This document shows positions 25,437 through 38,435 of a stretch of 64,000 bases of DNA, in pieces. Source of the stretch: Trichodelitschia bisporula (Eukaryota); assembly GCA_010356995.1 (NCBI GenBank), contig ML996697.1:554153-618152 (forward strand). Reading direction: 5' to 3'. Made by a program: the position numbers and the translations under genes. Every line of letters begins with the position of its first letter. Within the stretch, counting starts at the first letter, position 1. Under the pieces are notes generated by a model that worked only from the letters and a program-made list of their open reading frames with translations, made no database searches and was not told where the DNA came from.

Positions 25437-26946
25437 TCAAAACTCCGCCGGTGCCTCTAGTGATGACGGAAGAGCGTTGAACACTCGCTCGTTCAACCCA
25501 TAGTGCACCATGAAGCCACCCCCAAGAATCCGTTTGATTGCTTCATAGCGATGAAACTTCCACCATCTGTCGATCACGAAGCTGCCATCTTTCCCGAACT
25601 TGATGTTGAGGCGGTGGCCCAGATAACTGGTTAAGTCCTCATTAAGAGCCGTGGAGAATCTCGGACCCCGCCATGGGTGATCGACCGAGTGGGAGACATC
25701 AGAGAAGGCCTTGTGCAGGTCCTTGCGCTTGTCTTTACTGAGGTAGCGGGCGCTTGACCGTGAGAGCTCCAGGAGCTTTGATTTAAGAGAGAATTCGCCG
25801 TCACGATAGACATTGTAGCGTTGCGCCCAGTTGCCCCGCCGAAAAGCGCCTGACTCGTATCCATTCTCAGCAGAAGTATTGTTCTCGGGTTCTTCATCCT
25901 CTTCGAGCTGCGTGAAGCTCTGTTCGTAGAGCAGGGCAATGTTCTCTCCTGCCGCGACCTGGACGCTGAGGATGTTGCTGTCCAGTTGGCTTTCAAAGCA
26001 CTCCATTGGCTCCTGAGATTTGCCTTCCAGATCTTCGAACCGTGTGGCTAGAAACCCCCACTCCTGCAATGCCGCGGTGACGACGCTCCCACTGTCAGGC
26101 GCATTGACGAACTCCCCATCCGACAGGATGATCTGGAGGAAGAAATCCATGACGTCTTCCGTCTCTTGGATGTCAGCACCTGCGAAAAAGGTAGCCGCAC
26201 CGAGCGCGTGGATGGCCATAGCCTGAGCATTGCCGGAGCTTGTATCCTGGATACGGGATCTCAGTGGTTCACAGACCTCCTGGTACACTTCTTCTTCCGT
26301 CGACAAAATGGTTGCCGCAAGCGCTAAAGACGTAAGTAGCCATAAGAGAGTTAAGGAAATCCGGGCGAGTACCTTTGAGAGCGAATACCGCTTCGCGCTC
26401 ACTGCTGCCCGACTTGAAACACTTGACGAGTGCGGGAACCAGCTCGTCCACTCTCAGCTCCACCCCTTCGCCTGCATACTGCGAAGCCACAATGTTGGTG
26501 TAGATGGCAAGTGTCTCCTCACGGGCCTCGGTGGTATTTCGCTTGTTTCGCGAGCGCTCAATGATTTGCTCTATACACTCGGAGACCTCGTGCTGCCAAA
26601 CCTCGGGCGGAGCATTGTCGAAGTCCGCGAACCGGTTGAGATCCAGGGAAGCAACGCTTTTTGCGTCAGTGTAGTTTTTTGATAGGTGGGCTTGGAGGCA
26701 AACGTACCTTGACTGCATATCGTCGGAGAGATCATCCTCATCATCCGATCCGTGTCTACTGGGGTTTCTAGACGCGGCCCGCGATACGGCCGGCGAGGGC
26801 CTCGGTGAAGCGGCGGGAGAGTTCACTGCTGAACCCGGCGCAGAACCAGCTTGCGAACTGCGGGCTGAAAGGTGGCGCGCTTTGGCTTTGCGCGAAACGG
26901 TCTTCCCGCTCTCGAGAGCCTGGCGACGGAGGTCGCGTTCGTGCAT
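25437..26946 (-). CDS. Interferon-related developmental regulator (IFRD) domain protein; 3 exons
   Basis: Starts MHERDLRRQALESGKTVSRKAK. Introns 26657-26707 and 26324-26372. Motifs AALQEWGFL, VQVAAGENIALLYE, IDRWWK, GGF..HY..N. Confidence 0.88.
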
Positions 26947-28108
26947 CGTAACCAGTTTGTTGATCGCGGATAGTAAGTGGTTGGGTCGAAAGAGAACTTG
27001 GTACTGTTCAAAGAGAGAGATGCAGGGTACTAGGAGGGGCAAGTTAGCACATAGGTATTCTCGATGCGCTGATGGCGTGGTGTACCGGACAACACAGGGC
27101 CCGGCAGATTAACAAGGGCTTGCACAGCGCTAAAAAGGTACCTTTGACTAGGACTACAGGCTATTGGGGCGGTTGGCTACTTGAATGTGTATCGAATATG
27201 GATGTGGGGGGCAAATGTGAGGTATCGTGCATGACGGAGTGGTTGAAAGAGGCGGGAGATTGGGTGAAAGTTTGCCCAAGGAAGTGACAGTGGAGGGGAG
27301 TGCGGTTGTTGAAAGAAGTAGGAAAGGCGCTTCACAAGTGGTTCGAGATGAGATGAGGAGATATGAGGAGAGCGGAGAAGGAAGTGTGAGGTTATTATTG
27401 CAGGCCAAGTCCAGAAGCGTCGACTGGGCGTTTGTCGGGTGGAGGCCGCACTCTGGCCTAAAATTGATCAAGGGCTGTCACCTTGGAATGCTAGCTGGTA
27501 CCGTAGTGGGGGGTTGTAGGGGGGGGCACTGCGGCGGGGGGCGGGGTTGCGCCGCAAAAGGATATAAAAGGTACTGTATGACGACAGGTTGTATTCTGTT
27601 GTCAAGTGAGCTACAGCTTTACCGTGGTCCGTTGATATGTCTTTCTTATAGCCAGAACACTCAAAGGTGGACGGGGCCCTTGAAGGCAGGAATACGTCTT
27701 TTGAGACGGTACGACAGTACCAGTGACCCAAATTCATCCATGTGCTTTCGAAAGCAGCCTCGGTGGCTTGTCAGAGCGCCGAGCCATTTCCGCAGCACTG
27801 CCCATGACATCATAGGTTAAACTGGTAGTAACAACTTACATTGTACGGTATATTCAGCTACCCGCAAAAGTGGTCCTTCGTCTTACAGTACAATCTGTTT
27901 CCTATAACTTGCTTCTGAGAGAGCTCAAAGTGGGTATGGGATTTGATGCTGGGTTAGTTTCAATTCTCAGAAGCAATGCTGAGAAAGGTATAGCACTGGA
28001 AATGCACCTCGCGATGTATATCAACACTGAAGACAGCAAAATGTAAATAAGGCCACTCAATATACTAAATTCCGAGTCAAAGGTGCTCTCGGTTGAAGTT
28101 TCCAGTCC

Positions 28109-29882
28109 CTAATATATCTCTGAAAGCGACGACCTTTCTTGCTCCTTCAGCCGCTTAACATCAACTTCATCGAGCATGATCTCCTCTCCCTCGCCATCGT
28201 TCGCATCTCCAAGAGCATCAGCCCTTTTACCGGCCAACATGCCACTTTCTTCCTCCCACTCCTTCTCTTTCTTTGTCATGGATCCAGCACTTCCCGTTCG
28301 GCGAATTCTACTGCCGCTCTTCCCAGCACTTCCAGTGCGATTCCTTTCAGCACTCTTCCCACTGCTCCGCCTTTCACTCGAGCCTCCCCTCTCATCAATA
28401 TAAGCCAGTGCCGACCGCGATGCCTCGGAGCGTGACATGCGCGATGGCAGTTGATGAATGTTGGTGTCGAAGTAGTCGCTCTCATCTGAAACGTCGACCG
28501 TACCAGCGGTACCGTGCCGAATGCTCTCCCGGACACTCTGCAGAAGTCGGTTACGCACTACACCTTGCGGTGTACCCTTCGACTTTCCAGCTGGGAGGAA
28601 GAGACCTTTTTCCGTTTCTTCATCGGACGAAGTGGTATCCTCGCCTCCATCCCGCGCTGCTTCATCGCTGATGTTGGCGTTTCCTGACGCATCCTCGGCC
28701 TCCTTGAGCGGCCCAGAAAGCAGGTCATTGCTGGTCTTCTTAGTAACATGGGCAGATGAGCTGGACTTAGTAGGGCTCTTCTTCCAAGATGCCGAAGTGG
28801 CGCTGTTGGGATCGCCATGAGAGGCTGTCGGATGGTCTTCGTCCGCATTAGGCGTAGCAGCCGTCCGAGCCAGTTGTAAAAGGTCATGCGTATCCTGTCG
28901 CCGAACTCGGTGCGGAATGTCGAAGTGCGCATGGTTGCAACCCTGCGCACACCCTCCCCAACGGCGACTTGGGGGCGCAGCGTTCGGAAGACCTTTCCCC
29001 TGTGAGGCGAGAATGGCAGCTTCCTGACGTTTGTAGTTGGACCACGTCCGGAGTTCGTTCTGGAGCACGTATTTCCCATTGTCCAGGTTCTGCTTCATGA
29101 TGATAAACTCGCAATGGTTGATGTTGCGGAGATCCTCGAAGTACTCGACGCTCCAGTGGTACCTCGGTCCACTCAGCAAGTATATTCACTTCCAGAACCA
29201 CAACGTACCATTTCATTAAGAAGATTCTCGTCATAAGCCCATGGGTGACCAAAACGCACACGCTCGGAAAGTCAGGTTCGCTGAACTGCCTCCACAGACT
29301 CTCGTTGAAGCCACTGACGCGGTCATACGCATCAGCCGCGCTCTCACCGTCCGGGATACGATAGAAGAAATGGCCGTAATCAGCGCGTTCTTGCCACATC
29401 CGCTCCATGGCGGCCGAGCAGGGCTGGAAGTTGCCAAAATCCTGCTCTCGCAGCCGCGGTTCTTCGTACACCTTGACCTTGTGCACTGGAAACGGCGACG
29501 GGCCCTGCTCATCATCGTCAGATGTGAGGGTCTTCAAGATGCCCTCGGTGGTTTCGCGGGTACGCCGGTAGGGGGACGTGAAGAACTGGAGTGTGTCGTC
29601 TGGTCTGAGTAGAGCGCGCAGTCTGCGGCCCGCCTCCTCGGCCTTTGCTGCCGTCAGGATACTCTTTACTCGACGCATAGCTGGAAGATTAAAGCAGGCG
29701 GCGTACCTGTTGCCAGCCATCTGCGGTGAGCTTCACACGATGATCCGGAATGTACTGATGAATATCGCGGTTCTTGTTGCCCTCTGATTGGGCGTGCCTT
29801 ATGAGCAATATCATCTACATCGACTGTTAGTATAAAGACTAGCCATGTCGTGTGCACAAATACCAACCCTTGGTTTACCCAT
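28109..29882 (-). CDS. Histidine phosphatase / phosphoglycerate mutase family, DET1-like; 4 exons
   Basis: Introns 29815-29867, 29643-29706, 29163-29208. The spliced product reads MGKPRMILLIRHAQSEGN, SPYRRTRET, EEPRLREQDFGNFQ, GESAADAYDR, LVTHGL, MKWYHWSVEYFEDL. Confidence 0.9.
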
Positions 29883-30387
29883 GGTTAGTTACGTTGAAGA
29901 CTGTTAGACTCCAGCAGTAGATAGGGTACACGTGGAAGCGGTAGTTTCGGAAGGTCGTTGAAAGCCCTTCTGGAAAGCCGTTTGTTAGATGTCGTGATGT
30001 GAGTGGTGGCGGGGGGGCAAACATCACCCCGTGGGGTCACCCTACCGGTAAGGGGCCTTGGCTATGGCCTGCTGTCGCTCAGCCTTACCTGCGAATCGGG
30101 TGGCGCTTGCTGGATTGTGCATCCGCTAGCCCAATTTCGGCAAGGCGACTTTTGTTGCGCGACTCCCATCGACTTTGCGGCGCTTCTTCTCTTCACCACT
30201 TCAGATCGCAGCCGGCGTCCAAACATCAAGCCTCATCCTCACCTTCTCGGTCACCGTAATCTCCTTCTCCTTGACAACGACCATCACCAACCACCCGAGC
30301 ACTTTCGCACTTCGGCTCATCACTAGACACCTGTCCATCTGCACTTCCCCGCCCTCCACCCTCAGACGCGCGACAGCGCACCTCACA

Positions 30388-30990
30388 ATGTCTGAACCCA
30401 TCCCCGAATCCATCCCCACATCCGCCGACCCTCGATCGAAGCGGCCCACCAAAAAGCGCGCCCTAACCCCGCTTTCCCAACAAGCCTCCCAGATCGAAGC
30501 CCTCTTCGCCCACCCCGACCGCGAGATCCCCCTCCCCGCCGGGCCCGTCCAAAGGCTGCTTGCTGCGCCCCCCGAAATCGTCGCCAACGTCCAAGGCTCC
30601 TCCGCCGGCGCCGGGTCAGGCGAGTTTCATGTCTACAAGGCGAGCCGACGGCGCGAGTATGAACGCGTGCGCATGATGGAGGAGGAGGTGTCCAAAGAGC
30701 AGGCAGATAAGGAGTGGCAGGAGAAGATGGAGGAGGTCAGGCGTAGGGATGAGCAGAAGCGGAACAAAAACAAGGCACGGAGAGATAAGGCGAAGGCAAG
30801 GCAGGAAAAGAAGAAAGAAGGCACCGGAAAGGCGAACGGAGCGGCCGCCAGTGACTTCCAACCGGACCCGACTGCAAGGGCGCACCGGGACGACACTTCG
30901 TCTCATAACGTTGACGACTCAAGTCGGCCGCTTTCTGAATCGGTTGCAGCCATAGAAGAGGTTGGCATCATTATTCATGATGAGGACTGA
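30388..30990 (+). CDS. PRKR-interacting protein 1 homolog (DUF1168), splicing-associated
   Basis: Motif PPEIVANVQGSSAGAGSGEFHVYKASRRREYER followed by a basic coiled coil. Confidence 0.9.
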   Translation: MSEPIPESIPTSADPRSKRPTKKRALTPLSQQASQIEALFAHPDREIPLPAGPVQRLLAAPPEIVANVQGSSAGAGSGEFHVYKASRRREYERVRMMEEEVSKEQADKEWQEKMEEVRRRDEQKRNKNKARRDKAKARQEKKKEGTGKANGAAASDFQPDPTARAHRDDTSSHNVDDSSRPLSESVAAIEEVGIIIHDED

Positions 30991-31527
30991 ACGGAAAGGT
31001 TCAACAAAGGGACAGCAGTGTGTTGTTTGGAAGTTGAGGATTTCACTCGGGGCCTAACTTGGGGTCAGGTGAGTCAGACGTAACTTACTTGGAAGGGTTC
31101 CAAGGGGAAATGTATAACATTGAGACACACTCTTAGGCATGTGTGGGGTTGAGGGGACATGGGCTATTCAATCAGGTCATACAAAGGATCCAGGGGAAAG
31201 GCGCGTGGAGAACCCACAGGTCCCGCACGCAGCGTTTTCATCGTATAAGCGAATACAACTAGATACATCATTGGGGATGATCCCCAGTCATTTAAAACCC
31301 AGCGCGCCGTGTGCAGAAAAGCAAAGATGCTGTACCGACCAGGTACCCCTTTTATGCAAGCCGTCCGCAATGCAGATATCCCAGGCAATGAAACGCAAAT
31401 GGGAGAGACCCCGAGTAATCATACAAAGTGTTCACCTATCCCGCGCAACTGATGAACCCGAACAAGTAATCTATAGACAAGAGATTCTCGTCGAAGAGAA
31501 TTCTGCGCAAACACGATAGCCCAATGC

Positions 31528-34500
31528 TTAGAAGTCTACTTCGTGAACCACGTCTAGTTGCGGAACCAGACTCATGTTGGCAGCAGGGACTTCATCCGCA
31601 TCAAGCATAGATGAATCTCCACCGTAGTCGACTTCAAAAAGTAAGGTCGTAGAGTCCTGGAGTCTAGTCAGCGCCTGAATGGAGGGTATGCAGGGGAGCC
31701 ATACATCTATGAAAAGAGGACTCGGAGCACGGCACTCCCTTAGGCGCGACGGATGCTTGGGCTTGTACGTCTGGGAAGCCTTCTGCTGGAGGCGCATGGT
31801 GGCGGACTCCAGTGGTTGCGAGGATGACGTTGGTTGATGTGCCACTGGAGACTCCGTTTGAGACGTATATTGAGCTGCAGGCTCGAATCTGACCTGCGGA
31901 ACCTCAGGTTGGAGAGAGGGAAACTGCGGCTGGGCCGGGGACAGCTCATATCGCGCTGGGGGAGGAAGCTTCAGCGGAGAATGAGAGGGCGTTGACTCGT
32001 CTAGGGCTCTCGGCATCAGGCTAGGAGCGCCGGACGCGGCAAACAAGGCTGCCTTCTTAACAAAAGACTCCTCGGTTCTCATACGCTTCGCGCTTTGGGG
32101 CTGTTCAGGGCTTCCCACGTCGTTCGTCTTCCGCTTGTCGCCGACTGACGGGCTTGCCTCCTGGTCGGAGTCGGAGGAGTCCGATAGGTCGTCTGGAAGC
32201 GCAAATGTGCGGCCCGTTGTGCCCGCTCCTCCAAGGCCGATGTTGGTGATCGACTGCCCAAACATCTGCGGGTATTCGGTGTTGTCAAGATGTCGCTTGG
32301 TGGTCGCTTTCCCGGTGGGTTTTGCAAAAGCGCGGGTTCTTAACCGTTCCCGTTCCCGCTCCCAGTCCAGCATCCTATGGTAGTCTTCTTCAACCTTCTT
32401 GCGCATGCTCCGCTCTTCCAGATCCTCAGGAGGAAGCAAGCCAAAGGCACGCCGCTGTGTTTCGTCTTGAACGGCTGCGTAAGCCTCACGAATCCGGTGT
32501 TTCATGCGGGCTGTGAATGCTATGGGTCGGCGGTTGACCGAGGAGCCTGGTGTCGAATGGGGCGGGCTCCGAACGTGCGGGGCGTCAAACGTTTTCCCTA
32601 CCTGCGTGATGTTAGGAACAGTGATCGCATCCAAAGGGCGACGTTCGTAGCGTACATGGCCATTCACGCGGGGAGTGGCGCGTTTAGCTTCAGCCGGTTC
32701 ATGGCTCCTGTCAACCATTTCTGCATCCGCGACTGCATCATCTTTAGTTTGTGGAATTTGTGGGCCATCGCGAGGCGTTGCATCGCCATTCTGGCCCGCT
32801 GGGGCCATAGTTGCTTCCTCGTTCTGGTGATTTTGAACTGGCTGATGCGATGCGCGGCGTGATGCACGGCGAGACTCGCGACGCACTTTTTGCGCCTTTG
32901 CCGTTTCCTGGGCACTAGGAAAGTCACTGCCAGGCACCACCCCCGAGGCTCCAGACGCACTCAGGCCTTGGTGACGGCCGAAATCCAGTGCCGTTTTCTG
33001 AGCTCCAGATCTGGCAAACAACATAAATCTGGCATCCTCATCGTCCTCGTCATCATCAGAGTATGAATCAGAGGCATCGTGCGAAGATGGCGCAACAAAG
33101 GATTTAGACCCAAACAGGGGCTTCGGGGACTGCGGCACCTTTGCTTCGGTTGTCTCGACTCGACGATAGATGGCGCTCCTCTCGATATGTTGCACGGTTT
33201 CCTTTGTTCCGGAATTTAGCTGGCTTTGGACTTGGACCGTTTGCTCCTGGACCACAGATGTCTCCTCTGTCTTAGTCTCCAGATGAGTTTCGCTGACCCT
33301 AGAGGCGGCAAGCTCGGCTTGGGCCCGGGCTGCCTTCACAGCCTTTATGCGAGCCATTCCGCTCTGAAGTTCTCTCCGCTCGGCTATTTTCCTTGCCTGC
33401 TCCTCGAGGTAATGCAACCGCGAAAGCGGTGACATCTCACGTGTGGGGGAGGCGCGAGAGGAAGGTGCTTCGGAGGGAGGCGACTGCTGGTTTGAAGCAT
33501 TTGCGGGGGAAAAGTTGATGGGTGAACGAACAGGAGGTGCTCTGGTGGCTTCGACGGTTTCGATTTCCGTGGGATGTTCCGCCGTGATATCTGCGTCAAT
33601 CTCAATGCCGTTCAGGTCTTCATGCAGAACGGCACCTCCATAAGGATATACGCCATCTACTCGGTCGCTTGACGGTTCCTCGTCGCTCGATACTCCAGCA
33701 TCGTGCATGAATTCGTCTCCTTCGTTGGCTACTGCATCGTCGCAAGCAACAACTTCGTACGCGTCCGCGGGAACCTCCCAACCGCGATTCACAGTGGCAG
33801 GAGGGGGATTATCGTCCACTGGGGCTTCGGAACTGGACGAGCTGTCGAGTATTATCTCCACTTGTTCGGTTTGCGCTACAGAGGTGGCTTTGGGACTTCG
33901 TTCGGATTCAAAGAAATCTTCCTTGGCTGCATCATTATCGGAATCTGAATCGAGGCATATGGGCTCTTCGGTCCCGACCTCACGAGTGTCAAAGTCCGGC
34001 TCGGAAAATTGTCGAGAGGGGCTGTCCATGGCTGCATCGTCTTTGCTTTGAACGGAGGCTTCATCGTCGGATTGTGATGTGACAGAGATGCGCGATGTCC
34101 TGTCTTCGCCCACGCTATCTTCGGCCGCTTCCTCATCGTACGACTCCGCCAGGTCGGGATATGTGGACTGGTCATTGATGGCAATGAATCCGTACTCTTG
34201 CACTTCTTCCTTCACCGGAGACTGAAGATCCTCAAGCGGGTCTTCCTCGACGAGCGACAGATCGTGTGTGCTGTATGCATGCTCCTCGATCGGATCAAGC
34301 TCGCTTGGGTGAACGGGTTCCTGAGGTTCTGCGGGTTCCTCGGGTTCTTCGGAAGGCGTAGCAGTACGTTTGCGCGCTTTGCGTGCTGACCGACTTAGAG
34401 CTTCGGGATCGGGAAGGTTGAACAGTTCGGCGCCCGCAGGGCGGTGGTCTGGCAGATCTGCCGTACCAGAGCGTGACCGCGTTACGCGGGAAGGGGTGGA

Positions 34501-34596
34501 AGGGACCGCGCGAGAGGTCCGCCGCGGGTTTGAAGGTTTCGCGACGCGGTTCGGCGGACTTTTCGGCCTGGCGGTACTGCGCGTTGAACGCGTCAT
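31528..34596 (-). CDS. Large low-complexity, probably disordered hypothetical protein (~1022 aa)
   Basis: Single 3-kb ORF rich in S/P/E/R, with a basic N-terminus, many SP/TP sites and YKPKHPSRLRE near the C-terminus. Confidence 0.75.
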   Translation of the reverse strand: MTRSTRSTARPKSPPNRVAKPSNPRRTSRAVPSTPSRVTRSRSGTADLPDHRPAGAELFNLPDPEALSRSARKARKRTATPSEEPEEPAEPQEPVHPSELDPIEEHAYSTHDLSLVEEDPLEDLQSPVKEEVQEYGFIAINDQSTYPDLAESYDEEAAEDSVGEDRTSRISVTSQSDDEASVQSKDDAAMDSPSRQFSEPDFDTREVGTEEPICLDSDSDNDAAKEDFFESERSPKATSVAQTEQVEIILDSSSSSEAPVDDNPPPATVNRGWEVPADAYEVVACDDAVANEGDEFMHDAGVSSDEEPSSDRVDGVYPYGGAVLHEDLNGIEIDADITAEHPTEIETVEATRAPPVRSPINFSPANASNQQSPPSEAPSSRASPTREMSPLSRLHYLEEQARKIAERRELQSGMARIKAVKAARAQAELAASRVSETHLETKTEETSVVQEQTVQVQSQLNSGTKETVQHIERSAIYRRVETTEAKVPQSPKPLFGSKSFVAPSSHDASDSYSDDDEDDEDARFMLFARSGAQKTALDFGRHQGLSASGASGVVPGSDFPSAQETAKAQKVRRESRRASRRASHQPVQNHQNEEATMAPAGQNGDATPRDGPQIPQTKDDAVADAEMVDRSHEPAEAKRATPRVNGHVRYERRPLDAITVPNITQVGKTFDAPHVRSPPHSTPGSSVNRRPIAFTARMKHRIREAYAAVQDETQRRAFGLLPPEDLEERSMRKKVEEDYHRMLDWERERERLRTRAFAKPTGKATTKRHLDNTEYPQMFGQSITNIGLGGAGTTGRTFALPDDLSDSSDSDQEASPSVGDKRKTNDVGSPEQPQSAKRMRTEESFVKKAALFAASGAPSLMPRALDESTPSHSPLKLPPPARYELSPAQPQFPSLQPEVPQVRFEPAAQYTSQTESPVAHQPTSSSQPLESATMRLQQKASQTYKPKHPSRLRECRAPSPLFIDVWLPCIPSIQALTRLQDSTTLLFEVDYGGDSSMLDADEVPAANMSLVPQLDVVHEVDF

Positions 34597-35934
34597 CACG
34601 ACGGGTGATCAGCTGCAGCGGCTGGTGCCGGGTCGAGACGTATGCGCAGACAACTTCGGTGCCAATGTTGTTTGTAGTTTGGCGCAGAAGTTGCGGAAGT
34701 GCGGAAACGGCGGTGCACCACAGAGCTTTGTAATAATTGGATTGTCACAGGGATGTTGCGCAGAGTCGTCGAGCGTATGCGGCTTGCTAAGTGCGCCGAA
34801 GGCTGGATCAAAAGGGGGAGGCGGAGGAAGTGATCGCGATGGCAACGCAGACGGAGCGTGTTGTGAGTTGCGCGTGTTCGGATGATGTTGCGGCCATGGA
34901 GAGGGGGTTTGGTTTTTTGCGGCCAAGCGCGGAAGATGGAGACGGGTTTGAGAGCGGGCGGAAGGTGGTGAATGGCGACGTGGGAGGTGAAGATGGGGAT
35001 CTGGTGGGTGTTGTGTGGAGATGGTGTTGTGCAGTCGTGCAGTTGTTCGTGGATGGTGTAGATGCGGATGGAAGGTCGGCGGTGGGCTTGGGACGGGGAA
35101 GTCGCTCTTTGCTTTGGAGTTGTGCGCCGAAGCCGTCCAAGGGAACTTTTTGAGGTGGTGGCGCCAAGCCTGGAGGGAGTTGGACGGGTGCCACGTCCTG
35201 ACGTTGCTGAGGCGTGTGGGCAGGGAAAGAGCGGAGTGGAGGGCAGCAGAGGGGGGGGACCTTGGGGACCATGGGAAAGGTACGGAAGGGGATTGGGACG
35301 AAATGGTCGACATGCATCATACAGACATACAGAACAGGCATGGCTTCAAAAAGGCCGCATCGAGGCATTGCCAGCAACCCACACACAAAACTCATTCTTC
35401 TTCAAGTCTTTGCTTTTTTCTTTCTCTTCTATTGGCTACCATTCCCTACCATTGGTACCTTTTGCCAACTCATAGGTAAATGGTGAGAAAATATCCCTGT
35501 TCTCGCAGCGCATCATGGCAGATGACACCCGCTCACATCGTGCATTTTCTATTCGGTGTGCCCGCAGTACGGATGTACTCCTTATTAAGTACCCCAAGAT
35601 ACGCAAATCGTCTCTCTCTCTCTCCTCCGTCTACGCATGTCTTTGTGGGGAGAGAGTGTGTGGAAGCAAAGCCCGAAGAACACTGCCTGCTGCTATTCTA
35701 CTGTATGCGCAGGAGTACCACCCAGTTCGATTAGAACTAACCGATGGAAGCTGCTTCCTCTTGGTGGAAACTGCCGAAAGCCAGACGCCCTTGTCTAAAG
35801 TCAAGATCACTGTAACTGTAAAGACACATGCTGTCCACCCATATCTAGCGCCATTGCTCTCGAACTGGCGCAAAAGCCCTCCAATGTCAATACTTTGAAG
35901 CTGCTCGCATCTGAAGCAATTCTAGCCACACCGT

Positions 35935-37336
35935 CTAGTCATAGTGAAAGAGCACACTGATGCTCTCGCCGTGATGAACGCGGCGGATTGCCTGTCGAGG
36001 GTTAGAAAACATCTTTCAAGTAGCTGCTTTGTAGCCTACCTCGGCAAACACAGTGCCCACCTCGAGCACATCCAGCTTGTCCTTCAAAAGCCGCTTGTTC
36101 TCCGTCTGGTCCACGCTGTTGGTCACGACAACCTTGTCCAAGGCGCTTGCTTTGATGCGTTCGATAGCGTCTCCGCTGAGGATGCCGTGAGTAACGAGCG
36201 CGTACACCTTGGTCGCCCCCTCCTTTTTCAGCAACTTCGCAGCACGCGTGATCGTGTTGCACGTGTCAGCCAGATCATCGATTAGGATCGTGGTACGATC
36301 TGCGATGTCGCCGACGAGCATCATTGTGGCATTTTGCCGGTCACTAATCTGCGTCGGACGGCGCTCCTTGAATGGCATCAGTACGCGGAGTATTCACATA
36401 GCAACCCACAGAAGCACGAACCTTGTGTATAAGTGCAAAGGGCATACCGAGCGCATCGGCAATGGCTGTGGCACGCTTCGCGCCGCCAGCGTCGGGGCTG
36501 ACAATGACGGCCTGCTGGTAGTTGGGAATCTGGTACTGGATGTACTTGCGGAGCAGGTGCCGTCCGTACAGATTATCCACAGGAATATCAAAGAACCCCT
36601 GATACTGGGGATCGTGAAGATCCATGGTGATGACATGGTCAGCGCCGGCGCATGTTAGAAGATCCGCCACTAGTGTGCCAGCCTGCGCAACCCACTGCCG
36701 GTATCCGCGCTGAGGCTCGAACATCGGTGCCTTCGAGTGACCATCTCCGTTTACAGCCGCATTACTGCCGGCGAAGTAATCGGCCTTTCCAGGTTTCGCG
36801 AAGTCAATCTCACGAGGCCCCTCGGCAAAGCGGGCGTTCTTGGAGGTCGTTCCGTTCCCGTTTCCGTTGGAAGGCTCGCCCTCCGACACGTGCAGCCGCC
36901 CGGCCTTGTGCGGAGCGTCCGTGCCGTTGGGTCCGAGGTATGGAGTCTGCGGGCGGCTCTCAAATGTGTAAGCCCCGGTACGGCTGCCTTGACCCGAGCC
37001 CTTGGAGAGCGGCGCCCCGACCTTGTTGTAGGGGATATCACTTTGCCTCGAGTAGGGGAACAAAGGGAGAACAGCTATGACACGATGCGCCGATGCCGTC
37101 TTGCACGCCGAGATTGTAACCAGAAGTTCCATAAGGTGGTCGTTCACCTTGCCGCCCCCGGACTGGATGATGAATACGTCTTTGCCGCGCACCGACTCCT
37201 GTATCTCCACCCGCGTCTCTCCGTTCGCAAACTTTCCGCGGAGGACCTTAGCCATTGGGATCCCCAGTTGATTGCAGATTGTCTCCGTCAGCTCAGGGTG
37301 CGAGCTACCGCTCAGCACTACGATGTTGCGAACCAT
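35935..37336 (-). CDS. Ribose-phosphate pyrophosphokinase (PRPP synthetase) with a non-homologous insertion; 3 exons
   Basis: Motifs FANGETRVEI, PLFPYSRQ, ITMDLHDPQYQGFF, VSPDAGGAKRA, IDDLADT, VTHGILSG, AEAIRRVHHGESIS. Introns 36367-36421 and 35992-36039. Confidence 0.95.
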
Positions 37337-37770
37337 GTTTGCAGCGATAGCGAAGCAAGTTTGGCAGGTGGATGCGGTAGAGAAAGGTGTTGATTGAGGA
37401 GTCGTTGGAACTGCTAACGTGACAACGCCAACGCTGGGTCGCTGCGCAGGCCCTGTGAATTGATTTTGGCCTAGCGAAGGCTGGAGGAGTTTTTGTGGGG
37501 AGAGGCGCCTTGACGGGGGTTGGGCGACAGGAAGCTTCTCCAGTGGTGCGGACAGGCGCTCGAATTCGGGGGTCGGGGAATCGGAGGATGAAGGGAAGGG
37601 TGGGGTGGGGAGGGGGATGGGGGGGTTGTTGAAGGTAGAGGGGTAGGGAACGCCGAAAGAGGGAATTAGCGTTTACGCTTCCGAACTTTGGTGACCATGG
37701 ATGCTTGGGATCGTTCAGTCTTCATTGTGGGATCATGAGAAGAATACGCAGGATAGAATGAGTACGTTTC

Positions 37771-37788
37771 GGGGGGGGGGGGGGGGGG
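37771..37788. repeat. G18 homopolymer
   Basis: Direct reading. Confidence 0.9.
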
Positions 37789-38435
37789 AGGGGGTCTGGC
37801 GAGGGACGAGAGGGACAGGTCCCGCCGCTCGGCGTAACGAATTTTTCCGCCATAGCGCTGCAGCACTTGCGAGGTCGGGCGGCGAGGAACGGTTCGGTGA
37901 GCCAATGCCAAGGAGAGGCGACATTTTTTTTCTGTTTGAAGTCGCAGTGTACGAGTACGCCATATACCGCCCGTTTGCCTCCTTGCTCTCTGGGCTACGG
38001 CGTGTGTGTACGCGGTGCTGTAGTAAGCGTGTATGTGCCATACCATGAAAAAAGAGCACGATGTGCTCTCATCCCGCTCAATCAGAGAGAGAAAAAGGCT
38101 GGCACAGCCCATGCATTTATACTTGGAGCCCTGCAGCACAACAGTTGCACCGAGACCTCGGCGTGACCAAGGACATGCACGGCTTTTCGCGACGGGGCGA
38201 AAAGACTGGACTGTTGGTGCCTAAATTTCCATATCTCTCTCCCAATAAAATGCAGGCAGCATGTCATTGCCCGCGCTATATGCGCATACGTGGTACATTA
38301 GAACTAGGCTTTTAAACACGACCAAACGGTTGCGACGCCCGCTCAGCAGCCTAACTCTTGTCAAAGGTGAAAAACGCCAACAATCCACGGTGCATGAAGC
38401 GAGGTATCAAACGCCAGATAGTACATGTTTCCCAA

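Noticed and set aside
37918..38056. GCGAC/GTCGC hairpin with a U-rich loop and a downstream A-tract, resembling a telomerase pseudoknot
   Set aside because: The stem is only 5 bp and there is no telomeric template nearby on that strand.
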